Positions 18,091-27,406 of a DNA stretch of 64,000 bases are shown here, in pieces. The notes beneath the pieces are model-generated. The model was given only the letters and a program-made list of their open reading frames with translations, was not told where the DNA came from and made no database searches. Positions within the stretch are counted from its first letter, which is position 1. Every line of letters begins with the position of its first letter. The position numbers were made by a program, and so were the translations under genes. Source of the stretch: Acidobacteriota bacterium (GTDB taxonomy: Bacteria > Acidobacteriota > Terriglobia > Bryobacterales > Bryobacteraceae); assembly GCA_043730365.1 (NCBI GenBank), contig JAYTKJ010000868.1, forward strand, positions 5,610 through 69,609. Direction: 5' to 3'.

Positions 18091-19428
18091 ATGCAAGGTT
18101 GCCTTTCTCAAGCTCACTACACGCGCCGGAAGCTGCTCACCGGCTTCGGTGCCTGGGGCGCTCTCGCCGCGCTTGCCCGGCGTGGCGATGCGCAGATTCA
18201 GCAGGCCAGCGTGCAAACCCGCAACTCCGCCAAGGCTTGCATCTTCGTTAACCTCAGCGGCGCACCTAGTCATCTGGACACTTTCGACGTGAAGGACGCC
18301 GCCTGGAACGCGCCCGATACCAGCATCGTGCAAGCGGGTCAGGTCACGCTTAACAAAACGATCTTTCCGAATTTGGCGAATATCGGCCAGGACTTGTGCC
18401 TGCTGCGCTCAGTGGTGAGTTGGGAAGCGGCGCATGACCGCGGTCAGTTCTACATGCAGACTTCCCACCCGGCCAATCCCGCCTTCCTGGCCGAGTCGCC
18501 GCACATCGGCGCGGTCGTGGCCTATGAAATGGGGAAAGCGTCCAGTAAGTTGCCCCCGTTCCTGGCCTTCAACGGCGCGCCTCGGGGAGCTACGTTCCTC
18601 GGCGGCCGCAACGAACCGATGAACGCGCCGGCCAATCAGGGCGGCTTTAGCACCATCACGCATCCGTTTTTCGGCAATGCCAGCGAGGCGCGTTTTCAAC
18701 AGCGTTTCGCCCTTCTTGAAAAGCTTGATGGCGAGATTCGCCGCAATCCGCACGACCAACTGCAGGCCAACCACGCCTCGTTCTACACGTCGGCCAAAAG
18801 CATGATGTACGATCCGGTTATCACCGACGTGTTCCGCTTCAGCGCCGATGACAACAGCCGCTACGGCAATACGAATTTCGGCCGCAGTTGCATTGTTGCG
18901 CGCAACGCGGTGCGCAGCGGGCAGGGCGCGTCATTCATTAACCTTACGATCGGAGGCTGGGACATGCATCAGCGCATGTTTGATACCGGCTACCCCGGCA
19001 ACCTCTATCAGGTGGGCGGCGATCTGGACCGATCCATCGCCATGCTGGTGGAGGATTTGAAGGCCAGCGGCCACTTTGACTCGACGCTCATCGTCATGAT
19101 GGGCGAGTTCGGACGCACGCCAGGCGCCCTCAATGTATCGGGTGGCCGCGATCATCACAAGAACGCCATGTGCTGCGCCATGCTCGGCGGCGGGGTGAAG
19201 GGCGGCCGCGTGATTGGCGTTACCGATGCCAACGGCGCCGAGGTTAAGGACCCGGGCTGGACCAAGCAGCGCCCCATCTATTTCGAGGACATCACGGCCA
19301 CCATTTATTCGGCGCTCGGCATCAACTGGACGCGGAGCCTCACTGATACGCCATCGGGCAGGCGCTTCGAGTATGTACCGTATGCTTCCACCGGCCAGCA
19401 TACTTGTGTTCAGGAAGTCTTCGGCTAA
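18091..19428 (+). CDS. DUF1501 domain protein (sulfatase-fold-like) with Tat signal
   Basis: GGAG ribosome-binding site, RRKLLTGFGAWGALAA twin-arginine signal, MGEFGRTP and GRDHH motifs typical of DUF1501. Confidence 0.85.
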   Translation: MQGCLSQAHYTRRKLLTGFGAWGALAALARRGDAQIQQASVQTRNSAKACIFVNLSGAPSHLDTFDVKDAAWNAPDTSIVQAGQVTLNKTIFPNLANIGQDLCLLRSVVSWEAAHDRGQFYMQTSHPANPAFLAESPHIGAVVAYEMGKASSKLPPFLAFNGAPRGATFLGGRNEPMNAPANQGGFSTITHPFFGNASEARFQQRFALLEKLDGEIRRNPHDQLQANHASFYTSAKSMMYDPVITDVFRFSADDNSRYGNTNFGRSCIVARNAVRSGQGASFINLTIGGWDMHQRMFDTGYPGNLYQVGGDLDRSIAMLVEDLKASGHFDSTLIVMMGEFGRTPGALNVSGGRDHHKNAMCCAMLGGGVKGGRVIGVTDANGAEVKDPGWTKQRPIYFEDITATIYSALGINWTRSLTDTPSGRRFEYVPYASTGQHTCVQEVFG

Positions 19429-19432
19429 ACCC

Positions 19433-22189
19433 ATGCGGGCGGCTGTTCTCACTGTCGCGGCGGCGTCGCTTGGGTGGGCGCAGGTAGCCCGGGTCGACGT
19501 CTACACTCCGGCGTCGATGGTCATTGTGGGAGAAGAGGTGCGTCTGGCCGTGGCGGCCCGCACGGCGCAAGAGCAGATTATTCAGGACTCCCCGCTCACG
19601 TTCGTCTCCAGCCAGCCAACGATTCTCTCGGTCGACTCGCGCGGCATCGTGCGCGCCCTTCGTCCCGGTCAGGCCAACATTACGGTTCGCTCCGGCAACC
19701 AGCAGAACATCGTCGAGATCCTGGCCGCTCCCAAGCGGATCGCCGTCGATCCGCCGGCGCGCGACATTTTCGTCGGTGAGCGCATCCAATTTACGGGGAT
19801 TGCTTACGACGCAAATGACAACGCAATCCCGAACGTGGTTTTCTCGTGGACCGTCACCGGGGCCAACGGCAACCAGATCAACGCCGCCACGATCGCCTCG
19901 AGCACCGGCCTGCTTACCAGCAACGGCGTGTCGGAGGTGACGGTGCGCGCCAACTTGAACTTTGCTTCGCGCGCGGACCGATTTCCGCCACAACTGATTG
20001 GCGTCGCCCGCGTGACCATCCGCCCGCGCTCGGACTATCGTGTAGCCCGTCTGCTGAGCACCGAAGACGTGCGCAACAGTTTTACGATGCGCCGCGTGCT
20101 GGCCAATATCGCCGGCAACGACAAAGGCCAGTTTGTTTTTCGCGCCTCGCTCGATGGCATCGCCAGTTGCGTCGTTCTTTATGATCACGGCCAGTTCCGT
20201 TGCGTGGCCAGCGCCGGTGAGCCGCGGCCGCTGGGCGGCAATATCGTTACGCCTTTTGGGCAGCCGGCCATCAACAACCGGGGAGAAATTCTGGTGGGTG
20301 CCAGCGGCATCGGGTTGTTGCTGATCGACAAGGACCGCCGCCAAAGCTACCCCATTCAGGACAGCGCCTATTTTGGCGACTATGTCATGGCCGGCGGCTT
20401 TAACGTCAGCAAGAAATCGCTCAACGACTATGGCGACGTGCTGTTTGCGTTCAACTTTCGACGCACCTCCGACAACATCACCCTGCGTGGCTTGGCCCGG
20501 CTTTCCGAGGGCGAACCTGAATTTGTGTGGTCTTCCGATCAGCCGCTGCCGGGTCTGACGGGCGCGGTGAATCTGGAGGATTGGGGCATTGACCGCAACG
20601 GCGTTGCCTACTTCCAGGCCGCTACCTCCAACGGTCGCGGTATCTATCGCGCCGAGCGATTTCAGGCTCCCCGCCGCTTGATCGGTCAGGGCGATGCGAA
20701 CGACGGCTCAACCATTACCCAACTGAGCGGCCTGCAAGTGGCCGAGGACGGCAGCATCGCGTTTCTGATCAATCGCCAGAACGGCGTCACCTCGATCGGC
20801 CGGATTCTCCGGGGAAGCAGCGCGGCGCTTGAGTCACTCCGCAGCACCGGCAATCCCACCAATCCCATCGCTATCGCTTCGAACGGAGCCATCCTTTTCC
20901 GCGGCGACACCGGCCAAGGCTACGGTCTCTATCGCTGGGAAGGCGCGCAGTCCACGTTGGTGCTCCTGCGGCGCAACACCCCGGCGGGCGAAGCCGTTAC
21001 CGCGTTCAACGGCGGCGCGATCTCGGCGGGAGGGGGAGTGATTGCGCAAGCCGCCGCCGCCGCGCGCGAGTTCGTGCTGTTTGCCGCCGGCGATGGCGCG
21101 CCTACGATTTTGCAAACCAACGGCGACATCCAGGTGTCCGGCCGCGTGCACGTGCCGGTTGGCGCGGCCTTGATCCCTGGCGAGAACGCCGGCAACGCTC
21201 GCCTTCGGCTTGGCGACGTGCGTAGCGCCTACGAGGTTGATGCGGGCAAGCTGATTCCCCGTTTGGTTGACCTTGATATGTTGCCGGACAGCAACCGTTT
21301 TTTCGGCGATGGGGCCAGCTTTGAGGAGCCCAATGGCGATCTGATGTTCGTCGTCAACAATACGATCTTCCGCCAGCGTGTCTCCGGCATCGAAATGATA
21401 TTGCGCAATCAGGTGGCGACTGACGACAATCAGCGCTTGTCGTTTTCCACCGGAATCCGTCCGGCCATCAACCCGCTCGGCGCCATGGCGCTGGTTGCCG
21501 CTACGGCGACGGGTGAACGGCGCATCTATCTACGAACCTCAGGCGGACAGTTGCAACTGATGGGCATTGTCAACACCACTCGCGTGGCGGGCGGCGACGT
21601 CATCACGGCCGTGCGTTCGCTGGTGATGGACAACCTCGGTCGCGTGATGGCGCAACTCGATGTGCGCAACACACCTTCGAGCCTATACATATGGAGCGGC
21701 CGTGACTGGGTCGCCGTGGCCGTCCCGTTGCAGACGATGGTGGACGGACAGCCGATTCGCGATCTGGTGCGCGGGCCGCTCGCTGGCGGAAATCGCTTCT
21801 ACATGATCGTGAATCGCGGCGAGACCGGGCAGACGACGGTGCCGACGGTCCTCGAGTATGGCCCTGACCGCTGGACGCCTATTCTCACCAGCGGCGACGC
21901 GCTGCCGCAAGGCGGGAGCATCTCCAGCTTCGGCGTGTTTGATGTGAATGACCGCAACGAACTGGCCGTGTCGATTAACGGCAACACCGGCGGCTCCACC
22001 GGTCTGCTGCTGCGCACTGCCGACGGTAACCTGCGCCTGGTGCAGCAGTTGATTCGCGCTACCAGCGTCGAGGGCGAGTACGTCACGGGTTTCTCGGAAA
22101 TCGATCTCCGTGCCGACGGCCGGATCTTTTTCGGCTCCATGACGATCAAGGACGCCTATACGATCTTCATAGCGGAACCGGCGCGCTAG
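19433..22189 (+). CDS. large exported protein: Big_2-like Ig domains followed by many N-x-x-G-x-x-A/V-F type repeats
   Basis: The ATG at 19433 lies 4 nt after the DUF1501 stop. Signal peptide MRAAVLTVAAASLGWAQ and two Big_2-like segments (ILSVDSRGIVRALRPGQANITV). Recurring units include INNRGEILVG, LNDYGDVLFAF, IDRNGVAYFQA, AEDGSIAFLIN, SNGAILFRG, DNLGRVMAQL and RADGRIFFGS. Confidence 0.7.
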   Translation: MRAAVLTVAAASLGWAQVARVDVYTPASMVIVGEEVRLAVAARTAQEQIIQDSPLTFVSSQPTILSVDSRGIVRALRPGQANITVRSGNQQNIVEILAAPKRIAVDPPARDIFVGERIQFTGIAYDANDNAIPNVVFSWTVTGANGNQINAATIASSTGLLTSNGVSEVTVRANLNFASRADRFPPQLIGVARVTIRPRSDYRVARLLSTEDVRNSFTMRRVLANIAGNDKGQFVFRASLDGIASCVVLYDHGQFRCVASAGEPRPLGGNIVTPFGQPAINNRGEILVGASGIGLLLIDKDRRQSYPIQDSAYFGDYVMAGGFNVSKKSLNDYGDVLFAFNFRRTSDNITLRGLARLSEGEPEFVWSSDQPLPGLTGAVNLEDWGIDRNGVAYFQAATSNGRGIYRAERFQAPRRLIGQGDANDGSTITQLSGLQVAEDGSIAFLINRQNGVTSIGRILRGSSAALESLRSTGNPTNPIAIASNGAILFRGDTGQGYGLYRWEGAQSTLVLLRRNTPAGEAVTAFNGGAISAGGGVIAQAAAAAREFVLFAAGDGAPTILQTNGDIQVSGRVHVPVGAALIPGENAGNARLRLGDVRSAYEVDAGKLIPRLVDLDMLPDSNRFFGDGASFEEPNGDLMFVVNNTIFRQRVSGIEMILRNQVATDDNQRLSFSTGIRPAINPLGAMALVAATATGERRIYLRTSGGQLQLMGIVNTTRVAGGDVITAVRSLVMDNLGRVMAQLDVRNTPSSLYIWSGRDWVAVAVPLQTMVDGQPIRDLVRGPLAGGNRFYMIVNRGETGQTTVPTVLEYGPDRWTPILTSGDALPQGGSISSFGVFDVNDRNELAVSINGNTGGSTGLLLRTADGNLRLVQQLIRATSVEGEYVTGFSEIDLRADGRIFFGSMTIKDAYTIFIAEPAR

Positions 22190-22449
22190 GCCGATTCCCC
22201 ACCTTCAAGGTGTTCCAGCCGCTGATGGTGTAATTCCGCAATACGCGCCAGGGCCCGGATATTTTCGGCATCGGCCGCGATAGCTTCGCGGATCACTTTC
22301 ATCTCCGAGTCATGCCGCTCGAAGGCCTCGTCATGGTATCGCTGACGCGCGGCCATTTCATGTTGGCTTTTGGCCACCTGTTCGAGAATGCGTTCTATGC
22401 GATCAAGCCGCTCACTGCCGTCCGTCGTCATGTTGAGTGCCTTTGTCAC
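22186..22449 (-). CDS. small hypothetical coiled-coil protein
   Basis: 87-aa ORF, charged and helical (RLDRIERILEQVAKSQHEMAARQRYHDEAFERH). It lies 31 nt downstream of hrpB on the same strand. No family recognised. Confidence 0.4.
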   Translation of the reverse strand: MTKALNMTTDGSERLDRIERILEQVAKSQHEMAARQRYHDEAFERHDSEMKVIREAIAADAENIRALARIAELHHQRLEHLEGGESA

Positions 22450-22480
22450 CAGCGTATCATCGAAGACGCCTATCTACTTC

Positions 22481-24778
22481 CTACCCTGGCTCCTCCGGCC
22501 ACTTATGCCTCGGATACCGCCGCATCAGTTCTTTCCGAATCTGCGGATACCACTTCACCCAGAATCCCGCCAGGTCCGTCGTAGTCTGGACCGGCCGTTG
22601 ATTCGGGGCCAGCAAATGCAGCACCACCGGCACTTTGCCGCCGCCCACGCGCGGCGTCTCCTTGAGTCCAAAAAAATCCTGAAGCCGCGACTCCATCCAC
22701 GGGTCTTTGTCGCGTGAATAGTTGACGCGCGCTGAGCGGCCCGACGGGAGCTGCCAGCGCTCCGGCGCCACCAGATCGAGTACCCGCCGCTGCTCAGCCG
22801 GCAACTGCCGCATCAACCCGCCCGCCAAGTCCGCCTGCTTGAGGTCTGCGAAACTACGGAGACCTTCGCAACCCATCGCCAAAGCCGTGTCCAGATCGAG
22901 GGCCGGAATCGATGGCGCGTGGCGAGATGCAAACTCGACCCGCGCCATTAACGCCTCAAGCTCTTCCGGATCCGTGAACCGTTCGACGCCCGCTTCGCGC
23001 GCCTTGGCCGCCAGCATCGCGGCGGCCGCTTGTGGATCTACCGCGCCGCTGCGAGATTCCTCGATCACGAGATTGTCGTAAACCAACGCACTGATTGACT
23101 CCACGCGTTCGGCCGTTTTGTTCCACTCGACGCCCGCGCGCTCCGTGACGCGATCCGGGAACAAGTCAATCAACCATTCAGGCTCGATCGCCGCCGCCAG
23201 CCTCACCACCGGCAAACCGCGCTCGCGCCGTTCCTCGATGTCGATCGCCACGGCAAACTTCGCCTTCGCCAACGCATGCGCGCCTTCCGGCAGCACGGCC
23301 GAGCCTCCGCCCGCCAACAGCAATTCACGCCGATCCCGCCGCCTTGCCACGCGATCGGGAAAGGCACGCAACAAAGCCTGTGGCAAGTCGAGCCGCCCCT
23401 TGGCGGGAGCGAGCCGCCGTAGCTGGTCTGCGAGCCGCCGTGTTTGTGGTGAATCGCTTCGCAAGTCAAGCACGTCGCCAGACTCGGAGCGTTCGCCATT
23501 GGAAATCGCCGCTGCAATCGCGCAAGCGTCGCGCCCACCTTCCAGCACCAGCGTCGCGATGCGAGGATGCAGGGGGAGACGAGTCAACTCGCGGACTCGC
23601 TCGAACGCACCCAACCGCCCCAGCATTTGCCTCGCCGCCTCAATGGCCGCAGCCGGCGGCGCTTGCAACCACGGCAAGTCCGCCTCGCCGATGTTCATCG
23701 ACTCAAGCGTCAGCACCAGCCCCGACAATTCGCGTCGTAGAATCTCCGGCGTCTCGGCCTCGGGCCGGCGCACGAAATCTTCTTGCGGATACAGCCTTAT
23801 CACGCGCCCCGGCGCGGTCCTACCAGCGCGCCCGGCCCGCTGCGCCGCCGAGTTCCTCCCGATGCGCGTCACCTCAAGCGAAGAGATCCCAGTCCACGGC
23901 GAGTCCTTCGCGATGCGTGCCAAACCGGAATCGATCACCGCCGTCACGCCCTCAATGGTCACCGAAGACTCAGCCACGTTGGTGGAGAGAATAATCTTCC
24001 GCTGTCCGTTGGCCGCCGGGGTCACAGCTCTATCCTGCTCTTCGGGGCTCAAGTCGCCGTGCAGAGGAGCCACGAGCGCGCCCATGCGATTGGCCAGCCC
24101 TTCACAGGCGCGCATCGTACGGCGAATCTCACCGGCTCCAGGCAGAAACACCAGCACGTCGCCGGTCAGCGCACCGAGCCGACCGATCGCCGTGGCCACC
24201 TGTTCTTCGAGCGGAGCCGGCGAGTGCGGCGTGAAAGCGATGTCGATTGGATAAAGCCGGCCCTCGCTCCGCATCACCGGGCAGCCGTCCAGATAACTCG
24301 ACACCGCCGCTCCGTCCAGCGTGGCCGACATCACTACGATGCGCAGCGGACGCCTTCGCTGTAGCCGCCGCAACAAAGCCAATGCCAAGTCCGCGTCCAA
24401 ATGCCGCTCATGGAATTCGTCGAGCACCACCGTCTCCACGCCGCGCAACTCCGGATCGGAAAGCAGCCGCCGTGTCAGCACCCCTTCGGTGAGAAATCGG
24501 AGCCGGGTGCGCGGAGAAGCCACCTCTTCGAACCGCACCTGATAGCCAACCGTCTCACCCAGAGGTTCGCCCATCTCCTGCGCCACGCGGCGGGAAGCCA
24601 GGCGCACGGCCAACCGCCGCGGCTCCAAAACCACCACGCCGCCAAAGGCCAACAGGGCAGGCGGAACGCGAGTCGTCTTCCCGGCGCCCGGCGGCGCTTC
24701 GACCACGAGGTTGAGATTGGTTTTCAGCGAATCGACAATTTGCGGGATGACCGAGTCGACCGGAAGCAAGATCGGCAA
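22481..24778 (-). CDS. hrpB: ATP-dependent RNA helicase HrpB (DEAH-box)
   Basis: Walker A APPGAGKTT, DEFHERH box, SATL, and LSTNVAESSVTIEGV / QRAGRAGR helicase motifs, plus an HrpB-type C-terminal region. Confidence 0.9.
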   Translation of the reverse strand: MPILLPVDSVIPQIVDSLKTNLNLVVEAPPGAGKTTRVPPALLAFGGVVVLEPRRLAVRLASRRVAQEMGEPLGETVGYQVRFEEVASPRTRLRFLTEGVLTRRLLSDPELRGVETVVLDEFHERHLDADLALALLRRLQRRRPLRIVVMSATLDGAAVSSYLDGCPVMRSEGRLYPIDIAFTPHSPAPLEEQVATAIGRLGALTGDVLVFLPGAGEIRRTMRACEGLANRMGALVAPLHGDLSPEEQDRAVTPAANGQRKIILSTNVAESSVTIEGVTAVIDSGLARIAKDSPWTGISSLEVTRIGRNSAAQRAGRAGRTAPGRVIRLYPQEDFVRRPEAETPEILRRELSGLVLTLESMNIGEADLPWLQAPPAAAIEAARQMLGRLGAFERVRELTRLPLHPRIATLVLEGGRDACAIAAAISNGERSESGDVLDLRSDSPQTRRLADQLRRLAPAKGRLDLPQALLRAFPDRVARRRDRRELLLAGGGSAVLPEGAHALAKAKFAVAIDIEERRERGLPVVRLAAAIEPEWLIDLFPDRVTERAGVEWNKTAERVESISALVYDNLVIEESRSGAVDPQAAAAMLAAKAREAGVERFTDPEELEALMARVEFASRHAPSIPALDLDTALAMGCEGLRSFADLKQADLAGGLMRQLPAEQRRVLDLVAPERWQLPSGRSARVNYSRDKDPWMESRLQDFFGLKETPRVGGGKVPVVLHLLAPNQRPVQTTTDLAGFWVKWYPQIRKELMRRYPRHKWPEEPG

Positions 24779-24807
24779 GCTTATTTGAATATACTGGTTC
24801 CAACGCT

Positions 24808-27399
24808 ATGTTGGCCGCGAGCCTTACATTGTCGCTGCTGTTTCAACCTCAGTTTTTTGAGGAACGCATTCGCCCACTTCTGGCGGCCCGCTGCTTCGGT
24901 TGCCATGGCGAGACCAAGGTGAGCAAACTCGGGCTGGACTCGCGCGAGGGAATGCTGGCCGGTGGGCGTCGCGGCCCTGCCATCGTTCCGGGTGACGCCG
25001 CGGCCAGCCGCCTTGTGCAAGCCATTGAGCGCGCGGGTGAACTCAAAATGCCGCCCGAGGGCAAACTCGCGGACGCTGAAATAGCCGCGCTCAAGCAATG
25101 GATTCAGGCCGGCGCGCCTTGGCCGGCGACCATCAAAACGCTGGTCACCACGACGGGCAAGATCACCGCCGAGCACCGTAACTGGTGGGCGTTCCGGCCG
25201 CTGCCTGAGCCGACCCGTGACGCGGGCATCGACGCGTTCATCGCCGCCAAGCTTGCCGCCAACAACCTCAAGCCCGTAGGTCCCGCCGATCGCCGCACCC
25301 TCATCCGCCGCCTGTCCGTCGATCTTACGGGGCTGCCGCCGACGCCCGTCGAAGCCGCTGCCTTCGTCGCCAGCGGCAACGTGCCCGAGGCCGTTGACCG
25401 TTTGTTAGCCTCGCCCCGCTTTGGCGAGCGCTGGGGCCGTTACTGGCTCGACATCGCGCGCTTTGGCGAGGACGATTTCCGCGGGCTCGATCAGGAGAAG
25501 TACCCGAACGCCTGGCGCTACCGCGATTGGGTGATCGAAGCGCTCAATCGCGACCTACCTTACAGCACCTTCATCAAGGCGCAACTGGCTGGCGATCTGC
25601 TGGAGGCCGACGCCGGTTTCGACCTTCGCCCCGCGCTCGGGTTCCTCGGCCTCGGCCCCTGGCACTACGGAATTTCGCCTCCTCCGCAAGCGCGCGCCGA
25701 CGAGCGTCATGATCGTGTCGACGCCGTCACCCGCGGCTTCCTCGGTCTGACCGTCGCCTGCGCCCGCTGCCACGATCATAAGTTCGACCCGATCACCACG
25801 CGAGATTACTATGGCCTCGCAGGAGTATTCGCCAGCACCGGTTATCGCGAGTTTCCACTTGCTTCGCCCGACGTGGTCGCGCGTTATGACGAGCATCAAC
25901 AGCGGATCAAGGATGCCGAGAAGCCCCTCAGCGAATGGCTGTCACAACAGAAGTTGCAGCTCGGAGAAATGCTGGCCGCCCAATCTGAGCGCTACATCAC
26001 GGCCGTGCTGGCTGGCGAATCCAAGGATCTCAACGAGCAGGTCTTCGAGCGCTGGAAAAAGCTACTGGCCAAGCCCGAGCGCGAGCACAAGCTCTTCGAT
26101 TCCTGGCGCGAAACCGGCGCGCCGGTCAAGCTCCAGGAACTGATCGCATCGGTGATCGCTGAGAAGAAAACGATCGACGAAGAAAAACGCCTGGCTCTTG
26201 AGCGCAGCAAGCCCACGCGCGGCGTAAAAACACGCCTGCCGAATGGCTTCGAAACCTACGACGACTTCTGTCCTGGTTGTGACGTGGCCGTAGGCCTCAC
26301 CCAATCGCGGGACCGTTATAAGGTTTGGGAGGATCTCTTCCGCACGCCGGGCGGCGTCGTGTCGTTCACCGATGTCGAATTTGAAGCGATGCTTTCCGGC
26401 GAGTGGAAACGGCATCTGCGCATGCTGCGCGAAGATGTCGAGCGCCTCAAGAAATCCGCTCCCCCTGCCTATCCGTTCCTGCACGGCGCCGGTGAACGCG
26501 AGGATCCGAAAAACCTAAAGATCGCGATCAAAGGCGATCCATACCGTCTGGGCGAAGAGACGCCGAGGCGCTTTATCGAAGTACTCACAGCGGGCACGCC
26601 GAAGGCCTGGACATCGGGCAGCGGGCGTCTGGAGTTGGCCGAAGCCATCGCCGCGCAGCCGCTCACGGCGCGAGTGGCCGCCAATCGGATCTGGATGAAG
26701 ATGATGGGCCGCCCGCTCGTCCTTTCGCCGAGTAACTTTGGCCGCTATGGCGATCGCCCGTCGCACCCGGAGCTCCTCGATCATCTGGCGGCCCGCCTGG
26801 TGGAACACGGTTGGTCGGTCAAGAAGTTGATCCGGGAAATCGCACTGTCTGAAACCTACCGGCGCGCGGCCGAGTCCGTGGCAGCCAATGAGAACATCGA
26901 CGCCGCCAACAAATGGTATTGGCGGGGCAACCGCGAACGTCTAGATGTGGAAGCTCTTCGCGACGCACTCCTGTTTGCCTCCGGCACGCTGGACCCGCAA
27001 GTGGGCGGAGCTTCCGAGGAACTGACACCCGAGTGTCGCCGCCGCACCGTCTATGGGCGCGTGAGCCGCTTCAAGCTTAACGAAACTCTCCAGCTTTTCG
27101 ACTTCCCCAATCCCACCACCACCAGCGAGAAACGCGACGTCACCCACGTTCCGCTACAGCGGCTCTTTTTTCTCAATAGCGAAATGGTGGCGCGTCAAGC
27201 CTCCGCGCTGGCTGCCAGGATCGAGCGCGAAGGCGGCTCGGGCGACACGGCCCGCCTGAAGTACGCCTACGCGATCCTATTCCAGCGTGAACCTGCCGCA
27301 GCCGAGCAAAAGCTGAATCTCGAATTCCTCGCCGAGTCCGGCTGGAAGCAGTTAGCGCAGGTGTTATTGTCGAGTAACGAGTTCCTGTTCGTGGATTGA
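24808..27399 (+). CDS. PSCyt1 + DUF1549 + DUF1553 (planctomycete cytochrome c / PSD1) protein
   Basis: N-terminal RCFGCHGE heme motif with a second cytochrome-like segment (LVQAIER..MPPEGKL), DUF1549-type LIRRLSVDLTGLPPTPVE, CARCHDHKFDP, and C-terminal LLSSNEFLFVD. Confidence 0.85.
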   Translation: MLAASLTLSLLFQPQFFEERIRPLLAARCFGCHGETKVSKLGLDSREGMLAGGRRGPAIVPGDAAASRLVQAIERAGELKMPPEGKLADAEIAALKQWIQAGAPWPATIKTLVTTTGKITAEHRNWWAFRPLPEPTRDAGIDAFIAAKLAANNLKPVGPADRRTLIRRLSVDLTGLPPTPVEAAAFVASGNVPEAVDRLLASPRFGERWGRYWLDIARFGEDDFRGLDQEKYPNAWRYRDWVIEALNRDLPYSTFIKAQLAGDLLEADAGFDLRPALGFLGLGPWHYGISPPPQARADERHDRVDAVTRGFLGLTVACARCHDHKFDPITTRDYYGLAGVFASTGYREFPLASPDVVARYDEHQQRIKDAEKPLSEWLSQQKLQLGEMLAAQSERYITAVLAGESKDLNEQVFERWKKLLAKPEREHKLFDSWRETGAPVKLQELIASVIAEKKTIDEEKRLALERSKPTRGVKTRLPNGFETYDDFCPGCDVAVGLTQSRDRYKVWEDLFRTPGGVVSFTDVEFEAMLSGEWKRHLRMLREDVERLKKSAPPAYPFLHGAGEREDPKNLKIAIKGDPYRLGEETPRRFIEVLTAGTPKAWTSGSGRLELAEAIAAQPLTARVAANRIWMKMMGRPLVLSPSNFGRYGDRPSHPELLDHLAARLVEHGWSVKKLIREIALSETYRRAAESVAANENIDAANKWYWRGNRERLDVEALRDALLFASGTLDPQVGGASEELTPECRRRTVYGRVSRFKLNETLQLFDFPNPTTTSEKRDVTHVPLQRLFFLNSEMVARQASALAARIEREGGSGDTARLKYAYAILFQREPAAAEQKLNLEFLAESGWKQLAQVLLSSNEFLFVD

Positions 27400-27406
27400 C
27401 AACGCC

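Noticed and set aside
19340-20344. 334-aa minus-strand ORF
   Set aside because: It is antisense to the DUF1501 3' end and the Big_2 repeat protein. It has no motifs and an Arg-rich composition.
23118-24254. 378-aa plus-strand ORF inside the hrpB region
   Set aside because: It is antisense to a helicase with all DEAH-box motifs. It is Ser/Arg/Ala/Pro-rich low complexity with no recognisable domain.
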